Of a stretch of 64,000 nucleotides of DNA, positions 47,312 to 57,607 are shown piece after piece (positions within the stretch are counted from its first letter, which is position 1; each line of letters opens with the position of its first letter). A program made the position numbers and the translations under genes. The DNA comes from Oceanispirochaeta sp. (GTDB taxonomy: Bacteria; Spirochaetota; Spirochaetia; DSM-2461). The notes under the pieces are model-generated. The model ran no database searches, was not told the DNA's origin, and saw nothing but the letters and a program-made list of their open reading frames with translations. The stretch covers positions 128,001-192,000 of the forward strand of contig CAXXXD010000003.1 of the NCBI GenBank assembly GCA_963663385.2, read 5' to 3'.

Positions 47312-48112
47312 ATGATGAAAAAGAAAACAGTACCTGTACTTATAGCCCTGATCTCTGCCCTGATGATTTCATCCTGTTCCGGTAAAGAGGAGAAGATGCT
47401 TGTTGTTGCTATGGAACTCCAGTTCCCCCCCTTTGAAATGGCCGAAGCCGACGGAACTCCAACCGGAATAAGTGTGGATACGGCCTATGCTCTGGGCGAA
47501 TACCTGGGACGCCCCGTTAAAATTGAGAATACCTCCTGGACCGGGCTTATCCCTGCCGTTCAATCGGGAAAAGCCGATCTGATCATCTCTTCCATGAGTA
47601 TTACCGAAGAGAGAGCAAAAGTAGTGGACTTTTCCATTCCCTATGCCGCCTCCGGTCTGACCCTCCTGATTAATAAGGATTCAAAGGTTGCGGGGTATAA
47701 GGATCTTTTTTCCGAAGGTGTTACTGTTGCCGTCAAATCGGGAACAATCGGTGCTATCTGGGCTCAGGATTACCTTCCCTCCGACAGTATCCATATATTT
47801 GATGAAGTGGCCGCCTGTGCCCTCGAAGTCTCCCAGGGAAAGGCGGATGCCTTTATTTATGACGGCCTTACCACCTTCAGCCTTCATAAGAAGTTCCCCG
47901 ATTCCACACGGGTTAACCTGGAAAACCTTCCCGGAACAAGCGGAGACTGGGGCATGGCCATGAAAAAGGGCAGCCACCTGAAAAAAGATGTGGATGCCTT
48001 TATTACGCAATTCCGGAACAAGGGCGGTTTTGAAGAACTGGAAAGAAAGTATCTGACAGAGATGAAGCAGGTATTTGACGAAGAGGGCTTGCCTTCGTTT
48101 TTCGACCTGTAG
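47312..48112 (+). CDS. Polar amino-acid ABC transporter substrate-binding lipoprotein
   Basis: Lipobox ISSC; FPPFE, SSMSITEERAKVVDFSIPY. Confidence 0.93.
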   Translation: MMKKKTVPVLIALISALMISSCSGKEEKMLVVAMELQFPPFEMAEADGTPTGISVDTAYALGEYLGRPVKIENTSWTGLIPAVQSGKADLIISSMSITEERAKVVDFSIPYAASGLTLLINKDSKVAGYKDLFSEGVTVAVKSGTIGAIWAQDYLPSDSIHIFDEVAACALEVSQGKADAFIYDGLTTFSLHKKFPDSTRVNLENLPGTSGDWGMAMKKGSHLKKDVDAFITQFRNKGGFEELERKYLTEMKQVFDEEGLPSFFDL

Positions 48113-48127
48113 AATCCGGGACCGGTT

Positions 48128-48901
48128 ATGAATATTCTGACAGAACGGGAAGGAAGGGATAATCGCTTTGCCCATTTCTTCAGCTGGTTTTTTATAGCTC
48201 TGCTGCTGACGGCGGTTTTCTGGTTCGGCTTCAGCCGGCTGGGGTATCGCTTCGCCTGGAAAACCATCTACTCCTACAGGATCAATTTCCTGAGGGGGTA
48301 CGGGATGACCCTCCTGATCTCCCTGTTCGCCCTGATTCTCAGCCTGATACTCGGTGTTCTTTTCGGGCTGGGCCAGGGAAGCTCTTTCCTGCCTTACCGG
48401 TATCTATCCCTGTTTTATGTGGAACTGATACGGGGGACCCCTCTACTCGTTCAGATTCTGATTTTTTTCTATGTTATCGCCAATGCGGCGGGAATGAATA
48501 ACCGGTTTGTGGTGGGGGTTGTAATTATGGCTCTCTTTTCGGGAGCCTATATCGCCGAGATCATCCGTGGCGGGGTACAGAGTATAGGAGAGAGCCAGAG
48601 GGAGTCCGCCCGGTCTCTGGGGTTTTCTCCCTATCAGACCTATCGCTACATAATCTTTCCCCAGGTGCTTACCAGAATTCTGCCCTCTCTCGCAGGGCAG
48701 CTGGCTTCCCTGATAAAGGATTCTTCCCTGCTGTCCGTTATTGCCATCAAGGAGTTTACCATGGCTGCCCGGGAGATGAACGCCAATACCTTTTCCACCA
48801 TGGAGGCGTATATCCCCCTGGCTGTGGGATACCTGCTTCTGACTCTTCCTATTTCCCGTTTAACCAGAATCCTGGAAAGGAAATTCAGCTATGAAACTTG
48901 A
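48128..48901 (+). CDS. Polar amino-acid ABC permease (HisM/GlnP-like)
   Basis: YVELIRGTPLLVQI, AYIAEIIRGG, LIKDSSL. Confidence 0.94.
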   Translation: MNILTEREGRDNRFAHFFSWFFIALLLTAVFWFGFSRLGYRFAWKTIYSYRINFLRGYGMTLLISLFALILSLILGVLFGLGQGSSFLPYRYLSLFYVELIRGTPLLVQILIFFYVIANAAGMNNRFVVGVVIMALFSGAYIAEIIRGGVQSIGESQRESARSLGFSPYQTYRYIIFPQVLTRILPSLAGQLASLIKDSSLLSVIAIKEFTMAAREMNANTFSTMEAYIPLAVGYLLLTLPISRLTRILERKFSYET

Positions 48902-49628
48902 ACTGGCCGGTTTGTCCAAACGCTATGGAACCCTGAAGGTTCTGGATCGGGTTTCCCTTCTGCTGGAGGATGTGCGATCCCTTGTCTTTATCGGTCCTTC
49001 CGGGGGAGGAAAAACCACTCTCCTCAGGTTGATTGCCGGTCTGGAGAAACCCGAATCGGGGCGTATTCTTATAAACGATCACCCTATTGAATATTTCAGT
49101 GAGGACAGCCTGCGGGAGTACCGCAAAAGGATCGGAATAGTCTTTCAGGCCTACAATCTTTTTCCCCACCTTACAGCATTGCAGAATATTACCCTGCCTC
49201 TGGTGAAAGTTCACGGCTATACAGAAACTCAGGCGGCCGAAGAGGCCCTGGTTCTGCTGGAGCGGTTTCAGTTGGCCGATCAGGCCCTTAAAAAGCCCGC
49301 TCAGCTGTCGGGGGGACAGAAACAGCGGATTGCCATCTGCCGGGCCGTAGCCATCCGGCCGGAATTCCTTCTGCTGGACGAACCTACCTCGGCTCTGGAT
49401 CCCGAGTATACTTCGGAGGTGCTGGATCTGATCGGTGAACTGAGGAACGAGGGGATGCGCCTGATTCTGGTGACCCATGAAATGGGCTTTGCCCGGCAGG
49501 CCGCGGACTATCTGTTGTTTGTGGGGGACGGAGGTCTGATAGCCCAGGGAACCCCGGATGACCTTTTTGAAAAAAGAGGGGAACCCCGTGTGTACCGTTT
49601 CCTCAATAAAGTTCTGAAGTATAATTAA
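48891..49628 (+). CDS. Polar amino-acid ABC ATPase (GlnQ-like)
   Basis: GPSGGGKTT, LSGGQKQR, DEPTSALDPE, VTHEMGFA. Confidence 0.94.
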   Translation: MKLELAGLSKRYGTLKVLDRVSLLLEDVRSLVFIGPSGGGKTTLLRLIAGLEKPESGRILINDHPIEYFSEDSLREYRKRIGIVFQAYNLFPHLTALQNITLPLVKVHGYTETQAAEEALVLLERFQLADQALKKPAQLSGGQKQRIAICRAVAIRPEFLLLDEPTSALDPEYTSEVLDLIGELRNEGMRLILVTHEMGFARQAADYLLFVGDGGLIAQGTPDDLFEKRGEPRVYRFLNKVLKYN

Positions 49629-49698
49629 ATCCTGTACCTTTAAACAGACCATCCCATGTTATAATGCTCAGGATTCTCCGGGAAAGGAAGGGATTCAG

Positions 49699-50274
49699 AT
49701 GAAGAAACGATGTGAATGGTGCAGTGATGATCCTTTATATATATCCTATCACGATAAGGAGTGGGGCGTTCCTGTCCATGATGGCCGTCTCCTTTTTGAA
49801 TTCCTTGTATTGGAGGGAGCCCAGGCCGGTCTGAGCTGGCTGACCATTCTGAAAAAGCGGGAGAACTACCGAAAAGCCTTTGACTTTTTTGATATAAAAA
49901 CAGTTGCCGCCTATACGGAGGATGATTTTCAGCGTCTGCTGGGGAATGCGGGGATCGTCCGGAATAAACTGAAAATCCGCTCCGTCATCCGAAATGCCCG
50001 GGCCGTTCTGAAAATTCAGGAGGAGTTCGGTTCTCTTGATGCCTACCTCTGGGCTTTCGTTGACGGAACGCCCCTGCAGAACAGCTGGAAATCCCTGGGT
50101 GAAGTTCCAGCTTCAACAGAACTCTCCGACAGGATCAGTAAGGACCTTAAAAAAAGGGGGCTGAACTTTGTGGGATCTACGATCTGTTACGCCTTTATGC
50201 AGGCTGTGGGGATGGTGAATGATCATACAATGGACTGTTTTCGTTATAGGGAAGCAGGAAATCCTGCTCTGTAA
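49699..50274 (+). CDS. tag: DNA-3-methyladenine glycosylase I
   Basis: RCEW, YHDKEWG, LEGAQAGLSWLTILKKRE, GIVRNKLKI, FMQAVGMVNDHxxxC. Confidence 0.96.
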   Translation: MKKRCEWCSDDPLYISYHDKEWGVPVHDGRLLFEFLVLEGAQAGLSWLTILKKRENYRKAFDFFDIKTVAAYTEDDFQRLLGNAGIVRNKLKIRSVIRNARAVLKIQEEFGSLDAYLWAFVDGTPLQNSWKSLGEVPASTELSDRISKDLKKRGLNFVGSTICYAFMQAVGMVNDHTMDCFRYREAGNPAL

Positions 50275-50451
50275 GTCAGAATCCTCCGCTCCATTTCAAC
50301 TCTGAAATACTGAGCTTCCGCTTCAGACCAAAGCCCCTGGCTGACAGTTATCTTTTTTCAGGATAAGGGTTTGAAAGGGGTTTTGAAATTTTTTCAGAAC
50401 AGGGTGTCAAATTGATTATAATGTATTTATAACCTGCAGGGGAGTATTCTT

Positions 50452-53400
50452 ATGATCCGGTTGATTCGACGATACCGCTCATCTCTCGGCATTGCATTGA
50501 CAGCCCTTTTTATCATTGGAGCTTTCAGCTGGATACTGCTGGCTTTCTTTCTCCCCCGGATTGAAGAATCCCTCTATAGTCAGCGGTATGAAATGGTCAA
50601 GAGGATGACTGAACTGATTATGAGTGATCTGAACTCCCGTCAGGAAGATGTCGTGAATGGCCGGACCACACTGGAAGAAGCCCAGCGCAGATCCATTGAC
50701 CGCTACCGGAAGATCCGATACGGGGAGGAGGAAAAAGACTACTACTGGATACTGGATAAATCGCCGGTTTTTATTATGCACCCCTACCGTCCTGATCTTG
50801 AAGGGGAGATCTTTGAAGAAATATTCGATTTGGACTTAAGAGGGATTCTGACGGAAATGGTAGCTATCGCCGATTCGCCTGCCGGGGAGGGGTTCCTGGA
50901 GTATGACTGGCAGTTCAAGGATGACAGAAGTCAGATTAAGCCAAAAATCTCCTATGTAAAATCCTTTGAACCCTGGGGATGGATCATCGGAACGGGAGCC
51001 TATGTTGATGATATTAATGAAGATATTGCCAGCCTCCGGAAAGAAATCCTGTTTACAATTTTTTTTATTCTCCTGTCTACAATCCTTGGGGTCAGCGTTA
51101 TGACTTTTCTTGCTATTTCCTCCCGGAATAAAAGAGTACAGAGCGAAAAGGAAATCCGTACAAGCGAACAGCGCTTTAAAACGCTCTTTGATCTGCTTCC
51201 CTTCTCGTGCGTTATAAACAGAAAGAGCGGGGAAATCCTGGAGGCGAATCAGTATCACTGCAGGGTGACCGGTCTGTCTCAGGAGGAAATACGCGGCAAA
51301 ACAACCTCTGATCTTCACCGGTATATGGACCCTGAAAAGCAGGATGCACTGGTCAGGGAACTTGAAACAACCGGGCACGTCTCGGCAAAGGAAATCTATC
51401 TGGATACAGACCGGGGCCCAGGCTGGCTCCTTATATCGAGCTGTCTGATAGAGTGGAAAAATGATGAAGCGGTTTTAACGGCGACTATTGATATTACCGA
51501 TCAGAAACGGGCCCATCTTGAACTCATTAAAACTTCTGATCGTATGAACGCCCAGAGGGAAGCGCTGTCAGCTCTTGCAGAGAGTGAAGCCCTGGCAAGC
51601 GGGATAGCAGCCAGAGCCATTCCTGAGCTGGCTGAACAGGCGTCAAAAGCCCTTGGGGTTGAGAGGGTCGGCACCTGGCTGTTTTCTGAGGAAAGCCATG
51701 AAATCTTCAATGTGGATCTGTATCTTGCCAGTAGTAAAGAGCATTTATCCGGGGAAACCCTGTGTCTGGATAACTACCCGGGCTATTGGGAATCCATCCG
51801 TTATAAAACCAGAATAGATGCCCATGATGCCTTTACCGACGAGCGCCTTGCCGAGTTAAGGGAGGAGTGGATTATTCCCAAAGGAATTACGTCTCTTATG
51901 GATGCAGGGATTATGCAGGAGGGAAAGTTTTTAGGGCTTTTCAGCTGTGAGCATACCGGACCGAAACGGCAATGGCAGGCGGATGAGCAGGCCTTTGTCA
52001 GTTCTCTCGCAACCCTGGCCGGTCAGATCTTTGTCACCGATGAAAGAAGACGTGCCGAGATTTCCCTGAGAGCCAGCGAAGAGAGCCTTCGAGCCACCCT
52101 GAAATCCATCGGAGACGGCGTTATCGTTACGGATACAGAAAGCCGGATAACCCTTATGAACCATGTTGCCGAAACGATTACAGGCTGGTACCTGGATGAG
52201 GCCCGGAGCAGACCGCTCTCAGACGTTTTTAATGTTATTTACAGGGATTCCCGGAATGAGGTTCCCGACATTGTGGAAAAAGTGATCGAAACCGGGAGCA
52301 TTGTTAAACTCCCTGATAATTCCGTTCTGATTTCCCGGAACAGAACGGAGTACCTGGTTGCCGACTCGGGGGCTCCCATCTTTTCAGAGTCAGGGGATGT
52401 TACCGGTGTGGTTCTTGTGTTCCGGAATATCACCAGGGAAAAGGAACTGCAGGAACAGCTGAGCCACATTCAGAGGATGGAGTCTATCGGTCAGCTGGCC
52501 GGAGGTGTGGCCCATGATTTCAATAATATGCTCGGGGGTATAACAGGGGCAGCAGAACTGCTTCAGCATTTATATAAAAATGATGGAACCGATTCACTGG
52601 TATACGTAAAAATGATACTGGAGAGTGCCGAAAGAGCCGCTTCGCTGACAAGGAAGCTTCTCTCTTTTGCCCGTAAAACCCCGCTTTCCTCCTCCGCTAC
52701 CAATGTGCTCCGCTCTCTCCTTGATGCCCTGTCATTTCTGGAAAGTACGGCGGATAAACGTATCAATGTTTTTAAAAACCTGCCTGAGCAGGAAGTCCTG
52801 GTGCAGGGTGATCCCTCGGAATTGCAGAATGCCTTTATGAATATTCTGATTAATGCGACCCACGCCATGCCGGACGGAGGCGATATTCACATTGATGCCC
52901 ATCTCCTTACGCTGGATGAAGAATTCTGCGAAAGTACGGCAATGGACATAACACCCGGTCCCTATATCGAAATTGAAATCCGCGATACGGGATGCGGAAT
53001 CCCTCAGAAAGATCTGAAACGTATTTTTGAACCTTTCTACACGACAAAGGAAAGGGGGAAGGGAACCGGTCTCGGCTTATCCTCGGTATTTGCTATGGTT
53101 CAGCAGTATAAGGGCGCCGTAACTGTTTACAGTGAGGTAGACGCTGGTACAGGTTTTCATATATTCCTTCCTCTGGCGGAAGAGGGGATCCAAGCTGAAT
53201 CGGCACCACCAGATCAAATCATTAAAGGCAGCGGAACCGTACTGCTTGTTGATGATGAACCTATTGTCCGGATGACAACCGGTACCGTACTGAAAGGACT
53301 GGGATACCATGTATTACTGGCGGAGAACGGCAGACAGGCTCTGGATGTTTTTTCCATGAATGTTAAAAGTATTGATCTGGTTATCCTTGATATGATAATG

Positions 53401-53601
53401 CCGGAGATGAATGGACGGGACTGTTTCTTCGCGTTAAAGGAGAAAGATCCCGGTGTGAAGATCCTTGTCTCATCCGGTTTTTCCCGGGAGGACGAGATTG
53501 AATCCATGCGGGCGGCCGGACTGTCCGGGATTGTGAGTAAACCCTACGGCAGTGCTGTTTTAAGCAAAGCCGTAAGTGATGCTTTAAAGCGCAGGGATTA
53601 G
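50452..53601 (+). CDS. Hybrid sensor histidine kinase (Cache-PAS-GAF-PAS-HisKA-HATPase-REC)
   Basis: Cache (KISYVKSFEPWGWIIGTG), GQLAGGVAHDFNN, FEPFYTTK...GTGLGL, receiver LLVDDE...LDMIMP...KP. Confidence 0.94.
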   Translation: MIRLIRRYRSSLGIALTALFIIGAFSWILLAFFLPRIEESLYSQRYEMVKRMTELIMSDLNSRQEDVVNGRTTLEEAQRRSIDRYRKIRYGEEEKDYYWILDKSPVFIMHPYRPDLEGEIFEEIFDLDLRGILTEMVAIADSPAGEGFLEYDWQFKDDRSQIKPKISYVKSFEPWGWIIGTGAYVDDINEDIASLRKEILFTIFFILLSTILGVSVMTFLAISSRNKRVQSEKEIRTSEQRFKTLFDLLPFSCVINRKSGEILEANQYHCRVTGLSQEEIRGKTTSDLHRYMDPEKQDALVRELETTGHVSAKEIYLDTDRGPGWLLISSCLIEWKNDEAVLTATIDITDQKRAHLELIKTSDRMNAQREALSALAESEALASGIAARAIPELAEQASKALGVERVGTWLFSEESHEIFNVDLYLASSKEHLSGETLCLDNYPGYWESIRYKTRIDAHDAFTDERLAELREEWIIPKGITSLMDAGIMQEGKFLGLFSCEHTGPKRQWQADEQAFVSSLATLAGQIFVTDERRRAEISLRASEESLRATLKSIGDGVIVTDTESRITLMNHVAETITGWYLDEARSRPLSDVFNVIYRDSRNEVPDIVEKVIETGSIVKLPDNSVLISRNRTEYLVADSGAPIFSESGDVTGVVLVFRNITREKELQEQLSHIQRMESIGQLAGGVAHDFNNMLGGITGAAELLQHLYKNDGTDSLVYVKMILESAERAASLTRKLLSFARKTPLSSSATNVLRSLLDALSFLESTADKRINVFKNLPEQEVLVQGDPSELQNAFMNILINATHAMPDGGDIHIDAHLLTLDEEFCESTAMDITPGPYIEIEIRDTGCGIPQKDLKRIFEPFYTTKERGKGTGLGLSSVFAMVQQYKGAVTVYSEVDAGTGFHIFLPLAEEGIQAESAPPDQIIKGSGTVLLVDDEPIVRMTTGTVLKGLGYHVLLAENGRQALDVFSMNVKSIDLVILDMIMPEMNGRDCFFALKEKDPGVKILVSSGFSREDEIESMRAAGLSGIVSKPYGSAVLSKAVSDALKRRD

Positions 53602-53627
53602 TCCGGCAGGGTGCATATGGAAGGTAA

Positions 53628-54560
53628 TCAGCTCTTGCCGAAGCGTTTACTCATCTCTTCGGATATAACGCAGAACTGATCTATTTCCAGAAGCTGGGAG
53701 GCTGTCATCTGCCTCAGCCGGGCATCCTGACGGCGGCTGACCAGATTTGTCATGACCCCCTGTTTCATCAGGGAGTAGCGGGCATTGGCCGGGTAGAACT
53801 GATTCTCGATAGTTGAGGCAAATCCCAGGTAGTTCTGGAGATTTTCTGCTTCATTTCCCATCTCCTGCCAGTCATGACAGAGCCTGTAATAGAGGTCGCT
53901 GTGGAAGTTTGTCATGATGCCGCTATACCCGGCAAACCCCTCTTTCAGGCTCATGAGCAGGGTTGCCGCGTTGGCATTGAAAAACTTTACTCTGGTACCT
54001 CTGGACAGACGGGCCCTCTCTTTTATCATTTCTGGATCGCAGCAGGTATCCTTGATAAACTCAAAGCGGTCCATGGCAATCAGTTCCTTTACGACCTCCA
54101 GGGACAGAACCCTTTTATAGGGGTAGGGGCACTCATAAAAACCCAGGGGAATATCCGAGGGAAGTTTCTTTAGCAGTTTGTTAAGATTGTCCAGCCAAAT
54201 AGTATCGTTCTCCCAGGGTGCCGCCAGACGGTTGCTGACCAGTACAAGGGCATCTGCTCCGGCATCTGCCATGGCTTTCATATCATCTGCCTGACCTTCC
54301 AGGGTATCCGATACATGACCCGAAGCCATAACAGGGTACCGACCATTTGTTATCTCAACGGTTTTTCTGCAGAGCTCAACCCTTTCCTCCCTGCTCAGTT
54401 CAAACATGGCGCTGGACTGGCAAACGGCAAACAGGCCGTCTATTCCTCTTGCTATATACCATTCGATTAACCGTTCGAGGGCTTTGTAGTCAATAGATAG
54501 ATCTTTATGGAAGGGGGTAAGCATAGTGGGGTATACCCCGTTCTTAATTTCTTTTTTCAT
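53628..54560 (-). CDS. DHDPS/NAL-family aldolase or lyase
   Basis: GVYPTMLTPF, AVCQSS motif, catalytic Tyr (YECPYPY) and Schiff-base Lys (IKDT). Confidence 0.88.
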   Translation of the reverse strand: MKKEIKNGVYPTMLTPFHKDLSIDYKALERLIEWYIARGIDGLFAVCQSSAMFELSREERVELCRKTVEITNGRYPVMASGHVSDTLEGQADDMKAMADAGADALVLVSNRLAAPWENDTIWLDNLNKLLKKLPSDIPLGFYECPYPYKRVLSLEVVKELIAMDRFEFIKDTCCDPEMIKERARLSRGTRVKFFNANAATLLMSLKEGFAGYSGIMTNFHSDLYYRLCHDWQEMGNEAENLQNYLGFASTIENQFYPANARYSLMKQGVMTNLVSRRQDARLRQMTASQLLEIDQFCVISEEMSKRFGKS

Positions 54561-54579
54561 AAAAGCATACCTTTCTTTT

Positions 54580-55875
54580 TTACATTCCGACCAGTGTCGG
54601 GAGGAATGTTACAAGTTGGGGGATATAGGTCACCAGAAATAAAACCCCGAACAGAACAAGAAGCATGGGAAGTATTTCCTTAATCACTTCTTTCAGAGGT
54701 GTTTTGGATATTCCCGAGACGACAAATAGCAGCATCCCGAAGGGAGGTGTGGATAATCCTATCATCATATTCAGGGTTATCATTACACCAAAGTGAACCA
54801 GGTTGATTCCAAGAGCATTGACCAGGGGCAGTACAATAGGGATAAAAACCAGGGTAATACACATGGTATCGATAAACATTCCCAGTACAATAAAGACAAT
54901 ATTTATAAGCAGAAGCAGAATGTACTTATTCTCTGTAACAGTTAAAAGCCATCCGGCCACTGCATCCGGAATGTGTTCGATTGCCACAATATAGGAGAAC
55001 GCGTAAGCTGTTCCGACCAGAAGAGACAGGGTTCCGGTTGTTTTGATTGTATTCATGATGACCTGAAGCAGATCTTTGAATCCCATAGCCTTGTAAATAA
55101 AGAAAGAGACCAGAATGGCATAGAGAGCCGCCAGGGCACCTGCTTCTGTAGGTGTTACGATACCGGAATATATGCCTCCCAGGAGTACCACGATGGAAAG
55201 AAGAGCGGGGAACGCTTTTAATGTAATGGCAAGTGTAGCCTTCAAAGCCAGCTTTTCCCCTCTGGGATAATCCCGGACACGGGCTACGACAGCAATATAA
55301 CCCATCAGGGCCAACCCGATCAGTATACCGGGAATCATCCCTCCTATAAACAGGGCTCCGATGGAGGCTCCCGACAGCATGGAGTAGAAAATCATGGGTA
55401 TGCTGGGAGGAAAAATGGGGCCGATTGTCGCCGAAGCCGCTGTGATGGCGCTGCTGAATCCCCTTTCATAACCATGGTCGTTCATGGCTTTGATTTCCAT
55501 CATCCCCAATCCGGACGCATCCGCCAGGGCTGATCCGGTCATCCCCGAGAAAATAATGGAGGCAACAACGTTGACATGCCCGAGGGCTCCCCGTTTCCTG
55601 CCTACAATAGCATTGGCAAAGCGGAATATCATATCCGTAACTTTTCCGCTGTTCATGACCTCGGCCATGAAGACGAAAAGAGGTACGGCAATAAGGACAA
55701 ATTTAGAGTTCATATTCGTCAGGAACTGTGTGGCTGCCATGCTTATGTCGGTTGCAGGACCTGAAGCAAGGGCAAAGTAGAAAAGGGAGGCCATAAGCAT
55801 ACCCGGAGCAATGGGAATCCTGATCAGGAATATAAGAATAAAACAGAGAATAAAAACCAGTAGTGCAATGTTCAC
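54580..55875 (-). CDS. dctM: TRAP transporter large permease
   Basis: AVPLF, FSGMTGSALADA, IFPPSIPM, TPTEA, TPPFG. Confidence 0.94.
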   Translation of the reverse strand: MNIALLVFILCFILIFLIRIPIAPGMLMASLFYFALASGPATDISMAATQFLTNMNSKFVLIAVPLFVFMAEVMNSGKVTDMIFRFANAIVGRKRGALGHVNVVASIIFSGMTGSALADASGLGMMEIKAMNDHGYERGFSSAITAASATIGPIFPPSIPMIFYSMLSGASIGALFIGGMIPGILIGLALMGYIAVVARVRDYPRGEKLALKATLAITLKAFPALLSIVVLLGGIYSGIVTPTEAGALAALYAILVSFFIYKAMGFKDLLQVIMNTIKTTGTLSLLVGTAYAFSYIVAIEHIPDAVAGWLLTVTENKYILLLLINIVFIVLGMFIDTMCITLVFIPIVLPLVNALGINLVHFGVMITLNMMIGLSTPPFGMLLFVVSGISKTPLKEVIKEILPMLLVLFGVLFLVTYIPQLVTFLPTLVGM

Positions 55876-56366
55876 GATATCTCTCCCTTGACGAGCTTAC
55901 GTATATCCCGATAAATATCCAGGGTATAACGGCCTATCATAAAAGACAGGAATATAACGAAGGGAAAAAATACCAGATCCATGGGGATTTTCAATACATT
56001 GGATTTTTTATATCCCATAAACATGACATATTTCCAGGACGGTACCAGGCCTATAAGGAAGGATATGACCAGGAGGGAGTGTCCGCTGATACGCATCCAG
56101 GCTTGTTTTACCGGACTGACGATATCATAAATCATTGTAAAAACAACATGAGACTCTTCCCGCTTGGCAAAGAGGCCGCCCAGAAGGGATGTCCATATAA
56201 AACAGATCAGGGACAGCTCAAGAGTCCAGGTGAGGGGTTTCAGAAAGTAGCGGAAAAAAATACCAATAAGAAAAACTGAAAAAAGTGTAACAAAGGCGGC
56301 AAAGGGTATGTAGATCTCAACTGTATCTATCAGGGCTTTACCAATTCTTTTTAACCATGTTTTCAT
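55872..56366 (-). CDS. dctQ: TRAP transporter small permease
   Basis: Four TM helices; RY...LTWTLEL; lies between dctP and dctM; start at MKTWLK. Confidence 0.9.
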   Translation of the reverse strand: MKTWLKRIGKALIDTVEIYIPFAAFVTLFSVFLIGIFFRYFLKPLTWTLELSLICFIWTSLLGGLFAKREESHVVFTMIYDIVSPVKQAWMRISGHSLLVISFLIGLVPSWKYVMFMGYKKSNVLKIPMDLVFFPFVIFLSFMIGRYTLDIYRDIRKLVKGEIS

Positions 56367-56390
56367 TAAAATACCTTTTAATAGTATAAA

Positions 56391-56423
56391 TACCGGTGCC
56401 CATACGACTGATCGGCACCGGTA
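56391..56423. other. Intercistronic stem-loop between dctP and dctQ
   Basis: TACCGGTGCC...GGCACCGGTA, perfect 10-bp stem. Confidence 0.6.
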
Positions 56424-56438
56424 CTCCTTCAATTTAAA

Positions 56439-57458
56439 TTATTTTACCATTGCCTGTACTTTTTCGTAGAGGTCCCAGTCCCAGTCTTTGGAAATATCCT
56501 TGCTTTCTGTCATGTAGGAGTTTTTGGCATACTCGGCAAATGCTTTTACATCAGGATCATCGATGATAATCATGCCTTCTCCCCTGAAAAAATCCAGGAT
56601 ACCGGCTTCTGTTTCCAGGTTGGTCTTGTCGCAGTAAGTTCTGGCTTTATCAACAGCTTTCAATACCCAGCCCTGCTGTTCTTCCGAAAAAGACTGCCAT
56701 TTTTTTTCATTGATGGTAGGCCAGGTAGAGTCGACAACATGGTTCGTCAGTACGATGTATTTTGTTACTTCGTAGAATTTGGCGTTCTTGTCTGTTCCGA
56801 GAGGGTTGTCCTGGCCTTCTACAGCACCGGTTTTCAATCCCATATACACTTCGCCGAATGCCATTGGTGTGGGGTTTCCGCCGAGGGCTTTACCAAGAGC
56901 AATCCAGGAAGGACTTCCGGGAGTTCTCAGTTTTACACCGGCCATATCGGCAGGAGTCCTTACAGGACCTACTTTTTCAACCAGATTCAGCTGTCTTGTT
57001 CCCAGGTAATAAGCGCCCAGGGGGCGAATTCCCTGAGAGTCGACAACGTCCTGGAATACCTTTTCTCCGATTTCGCCATTGAAAACTTCAGTCATATGAT
57101 CGTAGCCCTGGAAAGTGTAAACAGCACCAAACATTGACAAATAGGGAACGAATTCAGCCAGCCATGGTGCGCTTGTATAAACCATATCAACAGTTCCCTG
57201 TCTGACGGCCGACTGTTCACCTTCCTGGGAATAGAGCTGACCGGAATGATAAACATTTACAATCATGGAACCCCCGGAAAGTTTTTCCAGCTCTTCCTTG
57301 AAAACGTTCATTGCTTCTGTATGAGCATCTCCGGGGACACTTACGGATGAGAAATTTATCTCAATAACTTTTTCTTCGCTGCTTTCCTGCTGTCCCCCGG
57401 CAATCGCCAGGGATAGGGAAAATACGGAAATTAAAATCATGGGTAGCAGTTTTTTCAT
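56439..57458 (-). CDS. dctP: TRAP substrate-binding protein (DctP/SiaP-like)
   Basis: Signal peptide followed by AGGQQE; GVKLRTP (conserved Arg), MAFGEVYMGLKTGAVEGQDNP; AAGGAG RBS before 57458. Confidence 0.93.
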   Translation of the reverse strand: MKKLLPMILISVFSLSLAIAGGQQESSEEKVIEINFSSVSVPGDAHTEAMNVFKEELEKLSGGSMIVNVYHSGQLYSQEGEQSAVRQGTVDMVYTSAPWLAEFVPYLSMFGAVYTFQGYDHMTEVFNGEIGEKVFQDVVDSQGIRPLGAYYLGTRQLNLVEKVGPVRTPADMAGVKLRTPGSPSWIALGKALGGNPTPMAFGEVYMGLKTGAVEGQDNPLGTDKNAKFYEVTKYIVLTNHVVDSTWPTINEKKWQSFSEEQQGWVLKAVDKARTYCDKTNLETEAGILDFFRGEGMIIIDDPDVKAFAEYAKNSYMTESKDISKDWDWDLYEKVQAMVK

Positions 57459-57513
57459 CTTGACTCCTTTAGATAATTGTATAGTGTTTCCGAACTGTAA
57501 TCGGCTAAGAGGT

Positions 57514-57586
57514 ATTGTATTATGACTTATGACATAAGTCAACTTTATAATTAAAGTGTTGACACATGTCTTATGAGGGGTACAAT
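57514..57586. promoter_or_regulatory. Divergent promoters with a perfect 19-bp palindromic operator (FadR/GntR candidate)
   Basis: Minus strand: TTGACT(57542-37)-17-TACAAT(57519-14). Plus strand: TTGACA(57559-64)-16-TACAAT(57581-86). Palindrome TGACTTATG-A-CATAAGTCA at 57523-41. Confidence 0.75.
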
Positions 57587-57607
57587 GAAATATATAAATA
57601 ATCTATA

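Noticed and set aside
53628..54560. Calling this gene dapA or nanA
   Set aside because: It has a non-canonical CQSS motif and a catabolic TRAP context; the substrate cannot be assigned from sequence.
57459..57542. ORF-track N-terminal extensions of dctP (similarly dctQ, natB, the OppF-like ATPase, the PhnP-like gene and the 9769 ORF)
   Set aside because: They overlap promoters, hairpins or upstream genes; downstream starts have an RBS, stop/start coupling or signal peptides.
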